DNA of 63,566 nucleotides, counting the filler, from Atractiella rhizophila (lineage: Eukaryota): assembly GCA_021432655.1 (NCBI GenBank). It is 3 parts of 3 records of this genome, joined end to end, with 100 filler letters (N's around TTAATTAATTAA, not from the genome) between each part and the next. Parts side by side here need not be neighbours in the genome. Positions count along the whole stretch, not along the records: positions 61,427 to 63,566 come from MU271746.1; 2 more parts are not named here. One strand, 5' to 3'. The notes under the pieces are model-generated. The model was not told where the DNA came from, did no database searches, and worked only from the letters and a program-made list of their open reading frames with translations. Positions within the stretch are counted from its first letter, which is position 1; every line of letters starts with the position of its first letter. The translations under genes were made by a program, and so were the position numbers. This document shows, one piece after another, positions 62,073 through 63,566 of this stretch.

Positions 62073-62402
62073 TTTAAGTGAGTTTCTGCTGTTCCTGTGC
62101 TGCTCCTAAGCTGAACCTGATGCTCGCGGGTGGAACAAGGCTCGCTTGGTGATGTTTGTGCCCCAGATTCCGCAGCAAGCCTAAGCGAGAATTTCAACGA
62201 CAGCAATCCTTGCGTTCCTTATTGGAGGGGCGATTTTAACGCGATAAGGCTGGTTTTAAAGGGTTTACATGATACAGAAGCTTCAAAATGATCTGTACGT
62301 TTTTTCCCCTTTTTTTCTACTTTTCACATTAGGAAATGGGACAGTTTCAGCAGCATCAACAGTAGTATCAGCATCATCACCAGTGGTTCTATCCCTACCT
62401 CT

Positions 62403-63566
62403 ATGTCCACCACCGATCCAACCAACACCACCACCAATGTTCAAGATGAGCCCGCAAACGGACTGCTCCAAGATGGTGACGTTACTGACGATGGAGCGCT
62501 CGATGACGTGAGGGTCAATCCCCTCGCGTCGCGAGTGTTGGAAGTCCCTAAAAAGGGCAGGGGAGTGTTTGCTCGTCAAGCACTGAAGAAAGGAACTGTG
62601 GTGGAGCTCGCACCCGTTCTCGTCTTCTCAAAGGACGCCTATCAAAAGATGGAGGCCGATGACAATCTCCTCAAAGACTACGTCTTCAGCTGGGGAAAGA
62701 TGGGAGAGATGGCTCTTTCCCTGGGACTAGGTGCGTTCTTTCTTGTTTTGTGATGAGATGGCTGAAAAGTGATGAAGGGAGTCTGTTTAACCACGACACG
62801 TCGCCTAATGTCACCTATGAGCTGCTCAGAGAGAAGAAGGTCATTCGATACACAACATGTAAAGATGTAGACAAAGGGGAAGAATTATGTATTTTCTACG
62901 GAGCACACGTCAACTACGATCCGGCACCGCGCCAAGATGTTGATAATCCGAAGGACGCCGGCTTGCTGGACTTTGGAGATTTAGAAAGTCTCATCCAAGC
63001 GTCCAGTTCAAACTTTCGAGAACAGTCGAATGAGGTGTTCGCTCCGGGAGAGACAAATGATGATTTGGTCCTGTTCGAGTCTATGCCATTCCAAAAGATT
63101 AGCCAATTCTCAGATGTTGATCCACCATTGTCATTAGGTAGACCTTTCTCTCTTTCTCGCTTTATTGTGCTAAAGGTGGCGTAGTGGAATTCTGGGCCAT
63201 CGATATTCCGCCCCCTCTAACACCTGAAGCGTTCAAGCTCACCCGAAGTCGCCCTTTCGCCCTTTCTGCCCCGTCGAGTGTTGAAGGTGAATACGAATCG
63301 GCTTCACCATTTGCTCACTTGAAGCGAGTGCGCAAGAACGAAAGCGCCAACACAGTTTCCATCCTCCTACACCCGTGCACTACAGATCGTTCTATCGTGG
63401 AAGAAACCATCAGTGCTTCTCCTCTCGTAGGAAATTCGGTATATAAGCTAAAAGTGCCAGCTGCACCTGCTAGAAGCAAGGAACAGTGGGTGGATTGGGG
63501 AAAAATTTGGCCAATGGGCTTTCTCGATAGAAAGAGAGAAAGGGATAGGACCTTCGGTTGGAAGAG
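62403..63566 (+). CDS. SET-domain methyltransferase fused to Tad3/ADAT3-like tRNA deaminase subunit N-domain (3' end beyond window)
   Basis: SET motifs KGRGVFA, LGLGSLFNH..SPNV, GEELCIFYG. After in-frame introns 62731-62777 and 63138-63184 comes FAHLKRVRK...KVPAAPARSKEQWVDWGKIWPMGF, which matches Tad3 N-terminal motifs. No stop codon between the domains. Confidence 0.8.

Noticed and set aside
8286..63566. Cluster of translation/RNA-modification genes (RML2, TRM6, PUS, GUF1, GRS1, NOP10, TAD3)
   Set aside because: They are interspersed with unrelated genes and span artificial contig joins. Housekeeping-gene density explains it.

Overview
Gene-dense, intron-rich fungal genomic DNA, with most introns about 45-65 nt and GT-AG. 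It is most likely a basidiomycete, possibly Pucciniomycotina (inference). The window holds about 26 protein-coding loci. Recognised housekeeping genes are MEC1/ATR (3' end outside the window), mitochondrial uL2, histone H1, TRM6, an RluA-type pseudouridine synthase, NAPE-PLD, GUF1, GlyRS (cut by a gap), SEC22, NUR1/Mug154-like, the last exon of NOP10 and insulysin/STE23. Others are an F-box protein, a GPI-type wall protein, a GFA protein, a chitin deacetylase, an atypical P450, a WC-2-like PAS/GATA factor and an ING-like fragment. At the right edge an apparent SET-domain::Tad3 (tRNA deaminase subunit) fusion gene runs off the window. The assembly is a patchwork: two 100-nt gaps carry an artificial TTAATTAATTAA spacer, and there are two 25-N gaps. 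One 25-N gap separates a ~4.8 kb tandem near-duplicate (probably two haplotypes) that contains a small secreted 12-Cys protein not visible in the ORF track. The most interesting observations are the SET-Tad3 fusion, a hidden exon giving GlyRS a mitochondrial presequence, the Cys-rich secreted protein, a 653-nt hairpin-containing intron in insulysin, and block-wise C-rich/G-rich codon switching within exons. No rRNA, tRNA, CRISPR array or intact transposon was seen. All gene assignments come from motif recognition by eye, not database searches.
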